DNA of 64,000 bases. It comes from a virus. The stretch is from positions 5,947 through 69,946 of the IMG/VR virus record IMGVR_UViG_3300048592_000443, one strand, 5' to 3'. The translations under genes and the position numbers were made by a program. Below are positions 18,943 to 27,605 of the stretch, one piece after another. How positions within the stretch are numbered: position 1 is the stretch's first letter; the number at the start of each line of letters is the position of its first letter. Under the pieces are notes generated by a model, which made no database searches, was not told the origin of the DNA, and saw only the letters and a list, made by a program, of their open reading frames with translations.

Positions 18943-18972
18943 AACCCACGACCTTCTGATTGATAGTCAGAA
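18943..18972 (-). other. attP-like core resembling a tRNA anticodon arm and variable loop
   Basis: Minus strand TTCTGA-CTATCAA-TCAGAAGGTCGTGGGTT; 6-bp IR with 7-nt spacer, located where the integrase 3' end would lie. Confidence 0.5.
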
Positions 18973-19016
18973 TTACGGCATAACACTGCCGCTATATGAA
19001 AGGGTGCGTAGAGGGT

Positions 19017-19532
19017 TTAGCCAATTCTCGTCACACTGACATGGTTATACAGGCTATCGTTTAGCAGTGCGAGCGCCGCGCCCGTGTTCTGAAATGCCCG
19101 CACGTCGAGCGTGTCGCCCGTGCTGCACGCGATCACGTCGGCCCCGCTGAGGCTTACGGCGAGCGCCGTCGCCGCCGGGTAGCCGTCGCGACGGGCAAGC
19201 ATACCGACCGAGACCCCGTTCTTGAACACCTCGATCTGCGCGTCCTCGGCGGGGTCCCACGCCGTCGTGCTGGCCCACGTCACGGTGGCGGTGACGAGGT
19301 AGTAGCCGTCGACGGGGCAGGTGAAGACCCAGCCCGCGCCGGTCGTGACCAGGGAGAGCGGGTCGTAATCCACATCCTCAAAGTTAACAACGGTGAATGA
19401 GTTGTTGGGGATGCTCTGCCCGGCGTTGCTGGTGTAGCGGGCGCCCACAAAGCGCGACAACTCGACTGACGCCATTTGATCGCGCCACTTTTCGAGCGCG
19501 GCCAGTCGCCGATACAGATCAGGGTCACTCAC
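19017..19532 (-). CDS. Tail tip/receptor-binding protein with C1q-like domain
   Basis: V.F..VDYD...FTCPVDGYY.V C1q/TNF-like pattern; last tail gene. Confidence 0.65.
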   Translation of the reverse strand: MSDPDLYRRLAALEKWRDQMASVELSRFVGARYTSNAGQSIPNNSFTVVNFEDVDYDPLSLVTTGAGWVFTCPVDGYYLVTATVTWASTTAWDPAEDAQIEVFKNGVSVGMLARRDGYPAATALAVSLSGADVIACSTGDTLDVRAFQNTGAALALLNDSLYNHVSVTRIG

Positions 19533-20629
19533 AGCGCCAACCCCGTATTGTCATAGACAAAGCGAATGTCAAGTTGCTCGCCGTTGCGGCCGAATGAGAC
19601 GCGCACCGGGTCAACCCGCACATCAAACTGTTGCCCGTAATCATTGATGGTCAACAGGTCGCCCCAGCGATAGTGCAAGCCATAGATGAAGCCGGGCGCG
19701 TCCTGGCCTCTGGCCTCGTACCGCACGCGCCCACGCCGCGCATACAGCTCGCCCTGTGCGTAGCCGTCAAGAATATCTTGATCGTCTGTCGAGTTGACCT
19801 GATAGTGACCTTCGATACGGCCGTAGGGTGACGAGCCCTCTGCGGCGGTATTCTGCGCCGTGCCGACAGATCGCTCAGCCTGCTCGCCTTTGCCAAGCGC
19901 ATAGATGAACGTCTCTTCATCGGACCAATCTTCATCTAGGCTGCTTTCGGCAATCGCGCCGGAGGTGAGCGGCACGGGCAGGTAGTTGCCCGATCCGTAG
20001 CGCCGGTCAACCCCGCGATGGCTGGTATATGTGACCAGAGTAAGCGCCGTGCCAATTGTCCTGACCTCGAAGCCAAGATACACACCCTGCGCGGCGGCAT
20101 CGTCACAGATATCCTGTGCGACGGTGAGCACATTACGGCGCGAGAATGACTTGTCAATGGTTGGGCCGAGGCCTTGATCGCTCTCGACTGACAGGCCGGT
20201 CATCGTGCGGGTTGTATCAGTCGGCGCGGTGAAGTTCTCGCGCACGAGGGCCTTGATCATATCGTCGCCCGCGTCGCTCTTGCTGGCCTCTGCGGAGCCG
20301 GCCGCATAGGCGACAATGCGCCGATCAAGCAGGTTATTCGCGTGCTGTGCCCAGACCGTGATCAGCCGCTCGCGCCCTTCCAAGCTTTGTTGACGCCGCC
20401 TGATAATCCAGGTTGCATCACCTTCCAGATAGAAGCCGGCGCCGATGTCCCGGTTCAACCGGAGCAAGCCATCTTTTTGCAGATTGGCAATCGGATAGGA
20501 CGGCGGCAAGGTCACTTTGAGTGTGCCAACACCGCGCTCAGTGAGTACATATTCAACCGCAATCGGCACAACCGAGGGCAGTTGCACGCCTGACGAGGTA
20601 AATACATCGAGACGATAACTGGTACTCAT
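19529..20629 (-). CDS. Minor tail protein (ReqiPepy6 Gp37/Tal-like)
   Basis: Position after Dit; GKGE..R, YGRIE, YG.HY..GD. Confidence 0.7.
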   Translation of the reverse strand: MSTSYRLDVFTSSGVQLPSVVPIAVEYVLTERGVGTLKVTLPPSYPIANLQKDGLLRLNRDIGAGFYLEGDATWIIRRRQQSLEGRERLITVWAQHANNLLDRRIVAYAAGSAEASKSDAGDDMIKALVRENFTAPTDTTRTMTGLSVESDQGLGPTIDKSFSRRNVLTVAQDICDDAAAQGVYLGFEVRTIGTALTLVTYTSHRGVDRRYGSGNYLPVPLTSGAIAESSLDEDWSDEETFIYALGKGEQAERSVGTAQNTAAEGSSPYGRIEGHYQVNSTDDQDILDGYAQGELYARRGRVRYEARGQDAPGFIYGLHYRWGDLLTINDYGQQFDVRVDPVRVSFGRNGEQLDIRFVYDNTGLAL

Positions 20630-23133
20630 TGGAGTGCAGGGGTTAGGGTTGCGTCGTCCAGGCTCTCATACTGCGGCGTAAACGAAAGCGTTGCCGTGAC
20701 CGTGCTGCTCGCCGCGAACAGTGACAGGCTGTTGCTTCCCTTCACCAGTGCAAAGTCATAGTCAGAGCCGGGGAGGATTGCCGAGTTGATCGCCCCTCGA
20801 AACGACGTGCGCAAACTGAGGGTGTTGCCGGTTGCCGTCAGGTAGGCGGTTTCACCTGCTGAAAGCGCCAGATCAAAGTATACCGCGCTGCCGGTTCTGT
20901 TGTTTGTGATGCTATAGATGCGGCTCGTGCCGCTTGTCGGCCCGGTAATGGTGAGCGCAAATCCCGCAGGGATGGTGCCGGGGTTTGAAACCGTGGTCAC
21001 ACTGGCCGCCGTCGCCGTACCTGATGTGTTATAGGCAACGGTCAACGCCCCGTCGCGGCTAAAGAAAAAATCGCTCACCGATGCAGTGCCCGGCAAGTCG
21101 ATTGGCACAGGCGACCATGCACTACCTGTCCAGAGTGCGGCATTATCAGGCAGCACGATACCTGCAACTGTAGAAAACGACAATCCGCCAATATACATAT
21201 TGTTATCAGGCGCAAATCTCACGACAAACACTTGCGATCCTGATGGCATATTGGCGCCAATGTCAGCCCATGCCGATCCGTTCCAGCCGGCGATTTTCCG
21301 AATAGTCAACCCGCCGATAGTGTTAAACACACCGCCCGCATACAGTGTGCCGTTTGGGGCAAAGGCGAGCGCTTGAACGATATTGTCCGCGCCCGTACCA
21401 AGCGCAGACCAGGCCGAGCCATTCCATCGGGCGATATAGTTTGCCGTCACACCGCCCACCGTTGCGAAGTTGCCGCCCAGGTATAGCGAGTTGTCAGGCC
21501 CGACGACAAGCGCCAATCCCGATCCGGCCGCAATGCCCGTGCCAAGCGCAGACCAGGCCGAACCGTTCCAGGAAGCGACACGGTTTGCTGCCCCGCCGCC
21601 AGCGGTCGTGAATGCCCCGGCTGCATACAATGTGCCGCTTGGAGCAAAGGCGAGCGCAAGCACGGCATCACCCATACCCGTGCCGAGGGCAGACCACGCC
21701 GAACCGTTCCAGCGGGCGATGTATGCTGTATTCGCCACGCCCCCGGCAGATGTAAAGTTGCCGCCAACATACAGCGATCCATCAGGGCCAACCGCAAGCG
21801 CGCGCACCGATGCATTGGTACCCGTACCGAGGGCAGCCCAACTTGACCCGTTCCAGCGGGCGATATAGTTTGCTGCTACACCGCCAATCGATGTAAAGTC
21901 GCCGGCAGCATAGAGTGAGCCGTCAGGGGTTTCGATAACGTTTGTAACCTGTGCGTTAGCGCCTGTGCCGAGTGCAGACCACGCGCCCGCCGCAGAGCGC
22001 TGCAAGATATAGTTGGCGTTGCTGACACTGGTCTGCGGTGAAAGCGTAGTGCCCCGGCTGCCGCTGCTCATCAGGGCCGGCAAGAACGACTGGAACTGCA
22101 CGCTGACTTTCTCATCAAAGGGCTGCGTCATCTCTTCGCCTAGTCCTTCCAGATAGGACGCGGCGATGGTCACTTGATCGCCTATCGGGTCGCGCCCGTC
22201 GAAGCGCTGCAAGCGCATCACGAGCGGCTGATCAACACCGCTGAGATCATGCGACAGAAGCGAGCGAAGCGCGCCCCGTCGCGCAGAGAGTGAGCGCGGG
22301 TCAGACCCGTCAAACATACCTGCAATCGTAAACTCGCGGCTCTCGCGAATAGTGCGCTGGTACAGATTGCCATCGGCCAGGCCAAGCGGCGTACTAATCA
22401 CGCTCCGCTGTGAGAAACCGAGGCCAATCAGGGCCAAGATCGTGAGCCCGTAGCGCGCGACACTCATAGGTCGTCCTCCCGCGCGAGTTGTGCCGCTTCT
22501 CACGCTGGTTGAGGCGTGCGGCGTGCCAGTCCAGTAATAGGCCGGTGGGCTCTCAATCGGCAAGAGCCCAGGCTGATCGCCATCACAGTAGGTTGTGCAA
22601 TAGCCCTTGGCTTCCAGTTGCGCCGCGTCAACGTAGAAGATGTTGCCAGGTGAACCAATCACCCGGATACCGACGCCGCTTGTGCTGGTTGACAGCCATG
22701 TCTTTTCGACCCTGTACCACCCACCTGCTATATACGAGATGCTATCCCAATCGGTTACAGCGCCGTTGACAAACGCCTTGCAGTTGGCGCCGCGCACAAT
22801 GCCGCCATTCGAGCGGCGCACATGAAACGACATGCTGTATTGCGTCGCATTCGAGATAGATGCATTGACCAGTTGCCCATAGGTGCCGTTCGTCGGGCGA
22901 ATGGTCAACTGTGCCGAGTAGGCGCCTTTGAATTGTCGCGTTGTGCTGCGCTGGTACGGCGTGCCGCTTGACCCGTCGCTAGAGTTTGTCCAGTTTGTTG
23001 TGTTTGTTTCCCATGAGGGGTTAAGAAAAAGATTGGTTGTACCCTCAGGCAGCACGATCTCTAGCGCAACAGCAAGCGGTGCGCCGGTTGGATTGTCAGG
23101 CTCAGAGTAAAGATTGTAACGACGTGCAAGCAT
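20626..23133 (-). CDS. Distal tail protein with carbohydrate-binding domain and beta-propeller repeats
   Basis: Follows TMP; NPSWE CBM-like start; about 6 repeats of LY.GG.F...GG..ANYIARWNGSAWSALGTG. Confidence 0.7.
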   Translation of the reverse strand: MLARRYNLYSEPDNPTGAPLAVALEIVLPEGTTNLFLNPSWETNTTNWTNSSDGSSGTPYQRSTTRQFKGAYSAQLTIRPTNGTYGQLVNASISNATQYSMSFHVRRSNGGIVRGANCKAFVNGAVTDWDSISYIAGGWYRVEKTWLSTSTSGVGIRVIGSPGNIFYVDAAQLEAKGYCTTYCDGDQPGLLPIESPPAYYWTGTPHASTSVRSGTTRAGGRPMSVARYGLTILALIGLGFSQRSVISTPLGLADGNLYQRTIRESREFTIAGMFDGSDPRSLSARRGALRSLLSHDLSGVDQPLVMRLQRFDGRDPIGDQVTIAASYLEGLGEEMTQPFDEKVSVQFQSFLPALMSSGSRGTTLSPQTSVSNANYILQRSAAGAWSALGTGANAQVTNVIETPDGSLYAAGDFTSIGGVAANYIARWNGSSWAALGTGTNASVRALAVGPDGSLYVGGNFTSAGGVANTAYIARWNGSAWSALGTGMGDAVLALAFAPSGTLYAAGAFTTAGGGAANRVASWNGSAWSALGTGIAAGSGLALVVGPDNSLYLGGNFATVGGVTANYIARWNGSAWSALGTGADNIVQALAFAPNGTLYAGGVFNTIGGLTIRKIAGWNGSAWADIGANMPSGSQVFVVRFAPDNNMYIGGLSFSTVAGIVLPDNAALWTGSAWSPVPIDLPGTASVSDFFFSRDGALTVAYNTSGTATAASVTTVSNPGTIPAGFALTITGPTSGTSRIYSITNNRTGSAVYFDLALSAGETAYLTATGNTLSLRTSFRGAINSAILPGSDYDFALVKGSNSLSLFAASSTVTATLSFTPQYESLDDATLTPALQ

Positions 23134-23136
23134 AGG

Positions 23137-26100
23137 CTATCCTGAGGTTGCAAACGCCCGCATCACCGCAAAATCCTGCGACGGTTGGCGAGGCGCCGAA
23201 CCATACGACGGCGAGTAATTAAAGTTGTTGACCGTGCTGCTGCTCACACTGCCGCCCCGTGCCAGTGCCGGCGCAGCCGGCCGCACGAGCCCGGCGGCCA
23301 TATTGGCGACGGCGCCCATCGCAACCGGCATGGCCTGCTGTACACCTAACGCAACACCCTCGGAGATTGGCATACCGACTTGCTGCGCAAACACTATCGA
23401 CGGCGAGCGGATACCAAGTTGCTGTTGTGCCACCCTCAGCGCGTTTGCCATCACCTCAGACAGTGCGCTGCTCAGCGCGTCGGATTTCTCCTGGATACCT
23501 TTAATCAGACCGTCAACAATCGAGACGCCGGTTTTTTCAAAGTCGTCGCCAACCGAGGCCAGTTCCTTCTGGCGCTTCTCCATGGCGATCTTGAACTGTT
23601 CCAACTCGGCTGCTTGCGCGGCCCGCTCCAGTTCTAGGATGCGGTTCGCCCGCGCCTGCTGCTCTTTTGTCTCGGCGCCGTCGCGCTCAGCTTCCAGTTC
23701 CAGGATTTTGAGGATCTGATCTTCGCGCAGGGCCAGATAGTCACGCGCCGCAACCGCGTCAACCTTCGCAATCTCGGATGCCTCGTTCTGCGCCGCCGCG
23801 CGCATACGCTCAGCCTCTTGCATACGAGCAGAGAGCCGCTGATATTCCGCGTCGAGTTTGGCGCGGTTGCCTGAGATTTCGGTTTGCAGCGCGCTCATGC
23901 GGGCGACAATCGTATTGTACTCCTCTTCGTCGTACGCCTCGCCCTTGTCGCGTAGGGCCGCCAACTCTGCGCGCCGCCTCAGAAGCCCGTGCATCTCTTC
24001 GCGCTGTTCATCGGTTGTAACACCCGCGCGCCGTTGCTCGCGCAACTCGACCAATTTATCCTCGAATTTCCCCCAATCCCGTAGCGCCTGCTGGCGTGTC
24101 CTAATAATCCCCAGGCGACCGCTCAGCGCATCGTCAAACATCTTCGCAGCGGCCTGCCCGATGCCCTCGAAGGCCTTGATCGCCTTGTCTTTTGTCTCGC
24201 CAGCCAACTCCTCAATCGCGTCGGCAACCTCAGGTATGCCGTCGAGAATGCCCTGCGCGACGCCCTGCGTGATTGGGTAGCCTACTTCATTTGCAAAGAC
24301 TTTCGAGGGTGAAGAGATGCCAAGCAGGCTTTTTGCCGCATCAAGGGCAGCCTGTGCGGCACTTGATGCGGCCTCGGCAATCGCAGAGGCGCCCGCACTG
24401 ACCGCATTCACAATACCGTCAATGATGTTCTGGCCTAGTTCTGATGCCGCGCTCAGGAAGTCAGGCCCGAGATCGGTAATCAGGCTCACGATATTGTTAA
24501 ACGTGTCAGTCAGGTAATCGGAGATGCCGTCAACAATCTGCTGAATGCCCTCGCTTGCCTTCTCCCAATCGCCGGTAACGATGCCAAGAATGGTTGTGAC
24601 GATACCCTGAATGGTATTCATCACAAGGTCAATCGTATTCCTGATATTGTTCCAGGCAAAGTCAAGCACGCGCTGAATGGTCGCGCCGTGCTCATTCAGG
24701 AAGTCAGCAATTGTGCTGAATACGCGGGTGACAATCTCAGCGACGATTGCAACCACGGTGCCCACGATCTCTTGCACCTGTGACCATGTGCGCTGCGCCG
24801 TCGCCATAATGTCAGCGCCGTTGCGGTTCCAGAACTCTGTCACCACGCCGAGAACTGAAGTGATGACCTTCTGAACCGCCGCCATGGCGGTCTGCGTTTT
24901 CTCCTGGATACCGCCAAAGTTGCTATCCCATGCGCCCTTCAGCGCGGCGGCGGCCACGCCCACGGCGGCAAAGATGGCGATTACCGGAGCGGCGGCAACC
25001 ACGGCAGCGCCAAAGGCGGCAGCACCGGCCGCGAGAGCCGGCACCAGGGCGGCGGCGAGAATGCCGCCCGCGACGGCGACGGCCGCTTGCCAGTTGTTTT
25101 GCAGGAAACTAACAACCTGATTGACGCCGAGCATCAGCGGTTGCAGCGCCGGGTGAACCAAACTCAGAGCTTCGGCAAACTCGATTGAGAATGGGCCGGC
25201 TTCCATAAAGGCATCGGCCAAAATCTGCAATACCGTCGCTACTTGCTGTAGCGGCGGCGAGAGCGATGCAAGCGCTTCCTGATTGCCTGTGAGCGCGCCC
25301 GCAAACTGCGCCACGATGGCAAGGCCGGGCAGGATTGTGCCTTCGATGAATTGGGTTAAGATTGGCAGTAGCGCCGTACCAATAATGATCTGAATGGTTT
25401 CGAGCGTGCCAGCGAGCTGATCCATTGCAAAATCAAAGCCCTGATTTTGAATGGCCGCCGTCTCACTCGCCGTGCCGGCCGCCGCCATGCTGTCGCCCAT
25501 GGCGTTGAAGCCCTCGGCGCCCGCGTTTGCCACTGCGGCGGCGGCGCGAATGGCATCAGCGCCGAAGATGGTTTGAAAGGCCGATAGGCGCTGCTCTTCG
25601 CTCAGGTCTGCGGTTGCGGTCTGCAAGAGGCGCGCAGCCTCTTCCATTCCGACAAACGAGCCTTCCATATCATAGAAAACAGATTGATCGAAACTTGACC
25701 AAACTTTTTGCGTTTCTTTAGCCGTCCATCCCTGTTGCGCTGCAAACGCGGTAAACTGATTACCAAGCGTGTCAAGGTCATTACCAAGCGGCGTAATTCC
25801 TTTTTCGGTTAAGTATTCAAAGATTTTGGTTGTATTCGTCGTCATCAGGCCAAGTTCGGCCATGGCGTCTTTTGCCGGCGCCGTACTTGGAATGAGACGA
25901 GCAAGAAACGTCTTGAAACTCGTACCCGCATCGCTCGCGCTAGAGAAGTTCGGCGCAATCAGCGCCATACTCTGCACAAGTTCATCAAACTCAACACCGG
26001 CTGTTTTTGCCGTGCCGCCCGCCTGTGCTAGACCAAGTGCAAGATCTTCAGCGCCGACAGTCGAGGCGTTTGATGCCTGGGTGATCAGGTCAACAACATT

Positions 26101-26658
26101 TGCTGTGGTGACGCCGGTTTCGCCCCAGACGCCGAACTGCTTTGCAACAATCTCAGCCGCCGGCCCTAGTTCAATACCAGCGGCGGCGGCAAGGGCGAGT
26201 GTGTGATCCGTCGCCTCTGCCATCACCTGAGAGACAGGCACGCCGCCCTTGACCAGCTCAGTCATCGCCGCGATTGACTGAGATGCGGAATAGGCGGTAT
26301 CGATGCCGAGTTGTAATGCCTTGTCGCTTACGTCGTCGAAACTGAAGCCAGCATCAGCCAGGGCCGTACCAGAGACGGCGGCGAGATTGTTAACCGCGCC
26401 CTCGAACTCACCCGCAACACTGACACTCTGGGCAATCGCGCCGCCAATGCCCTGCACCAGTTGCGCACCAGCGGTAATAGCCGCCTCGCCAATCTTGCGA
26501 AGCGCGCCAATGCCGACTTGCTCAAGTGCTGAGAAGCCGCCGCCGCTGTCTTTGGCCTTATTGCCGATCTGGCCTACGGCATCGCCCGCCCGCCCTAGTT
26601 CGCTGTAGAACGAACCAGGGTCGAGTACTAACTTGATGCCAATTTCCTGAAGTGCCAT
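23137..26658 (-). CDS. Tape measure protein (TP901-like)
   Basis: 1173 aa, Ala-rich helical; SDAGTS.K..L, IFG.DA..AA, SPSKVF motifs. Confidence 0.92.
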   Translation of the reverse strand: MALQEIGIKLVLDPGSFYSELGRAGDAVGQIGNKAKDSGGGFSALEQVGIGALRKIGEAAITAGAQLVQGIGGAIAQSVSVAGEFEGAVNNLAAVSGTALADAGFSFDDVSDKALQLGIDTAYSASQSIAAMTELVKGGVPVSQVMAEATDHTLALAAAAGIELGPAAEIVAKQFGVWGETGVTTANVVDLITQASNASTVGAEDLALGLAQAGGTAKTAGVEFDELVQSMALIAPNFSSASDAGTSFKTFLARLIPSTAPAKDAMAELGLMTTNTTKIFEYLTEKGITPLGNDLDTLGNQFTAFAAQQGWTAKETQKVWSSFDQSVFYDMEGSFVGMEEAARLLQTATADLSEEQRLSAFQTIFGADAIRAAAAVANAGAEGFNAMGDSMAAAGTASETAAIQNQGFDFAMDQLAGTLETIQIIIGTALLPILTQFIEGTILPGLAIVAQFAGALTGNQEALASLSPPLQQVATVLQILADAFMEAGPFSIEFAEALSLVHPALQPLMLGVNQVVSFLQNNWQAAVAVAGGILAAALVPALAAGAAAFGAAVVAAAPVIAIFAAVGVAAAALKGAWDSNFGGIQEKTQTAMAAVQKVITSVLGVVTEFWNRNGADIMATAQRTWSQVQEIVGTVVAIVAEIVTRVFSTIADFLNEHGATIQRVLDFAWNNIRNTIDLVMNTIQGIVTTILGIVTGDWEKASEGIQQIVDGISDYLTDTFNNIVSLITDLGPDFLSAASELGQNIIDGIVNAVSAGASAIAEAASSAAQAALDAAKSLLGISSPSKVFANEVGYPITQGVAQGILDGIPEVADAIEELAGETKDKAIKAFEGIGQAAAKMFDDALSGRLGIIRTRQQALRDWGKFEDKLVELREQRRAGVTTDEQREEMHGLLRRRAELAALRDKGEAYDEEEYNTIVARMSALQTEISGNRAKLDAEYQRLSARMQEAERMRAAAQNEASEIAKVDAVAARDYLALREDQILKILELEAERDGAETKEQQARANRILELERAAQAAELEQFKIAMEKRQKELASVGDDFEKTGVSIVDGLIKGIQEKSDALSSALSEVMANALRVAQQQLGIRSPSIVFAQQVGMPISEGVALGVQQAMPVAMGAVANMAAGLVRPAAPALARGGSVSSSTVNNFNYSPSYGSAPRQPSQDFAVMRAFATSG

Positions 26659-26715
26659 AACGACAAGCGCCGCCTATCGTGTGATAGGCGGCGTGCGCGC
26701 GGGTGATGCGGTTAT

Positions 26716-26977
26716 CTAGCGCGGGCGATTGACGATGTAATGATCGGTGATGGCGTTGATCTGGTTCTTACTGCGGTAAACAGCGAGGCAGAGCGCTTGA
26801 TAGTCAGGATCTAATCTATCCCATCGGGCGGGCTCAATCCCCCAGGCCATCGCGCACAGGTACATTTCAAGTACGCAGCTGTATTCAAACCCCGCCGATG
26901 GCACCTTCCAGGTGAAGATGTCACGCCCTTTATACGTCGGCCCCGTTGCCGTTGGGTGATACGGCGGGCGGAAAGGT
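26716..26977 (-). CDS. Tail assembly chaperone extension (probable frameshift product)
   Basis: Overlapping +1 frame between TAC and TMP, no clear own RBS. Confidence 0.55.
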
Positions 26978-27550
26978 GGCAAGGTGCGCTTGTACGCCCT
27001 CCTCTGATACCGCAGAGCGCTGGGTGAGTGCCTGATAGAACTCTTGCAGATCCTCGGTTGAGCCAATCGCAACGTGCAAGAGCCAGACGATCCGGTCATT
27101 TTCCGCTGGTGTGTAGCGGTCAAAGTAGGGCAGTTCCACACCTTCCAGGCTCAGAGAGCGGCGCACGCGCTGCGCGGCGGCGGCAATCTCTTCATCGCTC
27201 GTGTCAAGCGGCTCGATTGCCGTGATTGCCGCGATGCGCAGGAAACGCTCATTCGCCTCACCCATGGCCCACCGGCCCCAGCGGTCAAGCGCCGCCAGAT
27301 AGTCAGGGTGATTTTCGTTGCGCTCTTCCCGGATTTCGCCGCCCATGTCCACCCGCTCAACCGGCGGCTCAGGCAGTTTGTGCTCATGGGCCGCCGGCAG
27401 CGCCCTGGCCTCCGCCCTGACAGTCTCCGCGATGCGCTGCAAGGTTGTCGGGCTGAGTTTGTGCAACTCGACTTCGATCCCCGTGTCCCTGAACAGGTGG
27501 CGAGGGCGGGCGTTGACGCGCCGGCCGCGCGTGATAGGAATGGGCTCCAT
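26930..27550 (-). CDS. Tail assembly chaperone
   Basis: GGAGG RBS; canonical position between major tail protein and TMP. Confidence 0.7.
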   Translation of the reverse strand: MEPIPITRGRRVNARPRHLFRDTGIEVELHKLSPTTLQRIAETVRAEARALPAAHEHKLPEPPVERVDMGGEIREERNENHPDYLAALDRWGRWAMGEANERFLRIAAITAIEPLDTSDEEIAAAAQRVRRSLSLEGVELPYFDRYTPAENDRIVWLLHVAIGSTEDLQEFYQALTQRSAVSEEGVQAHLATFPPAVSPNGNGADV

Positions 27551-27605
27551 AATCCTCCCTTATGGCGTCAGGGGCCGGGCAACCGCTGCCCGGCCCCATA
27601 CTCGA

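Noticed and set aside
17692-18963. 423-aa + strand ORF in the integrase position
   Set aside because: No tyrosine-recombinase motifs; it is the antisense shadow of three minus-strand genes with recognisable motifs
18930-19000. Intact tRNA gene
   Set aside because: Only the anticodon arm and part of the T arm are present; no acceptor stem, D arm or TTCGA loop
18034-19016. CRISPR-Cas locus or mini-array near the Cas11-like gene
   Set aside because: No repeat-spacer periodicity and no other cas genes; the short repeats are promoter palindromes
19017-23133. Diversity-generating retroelement acting on tail genes
   Set aside because: No reverse transcriptase and no adenine-variable TR/VR pair seen; the repeats are propeller blades
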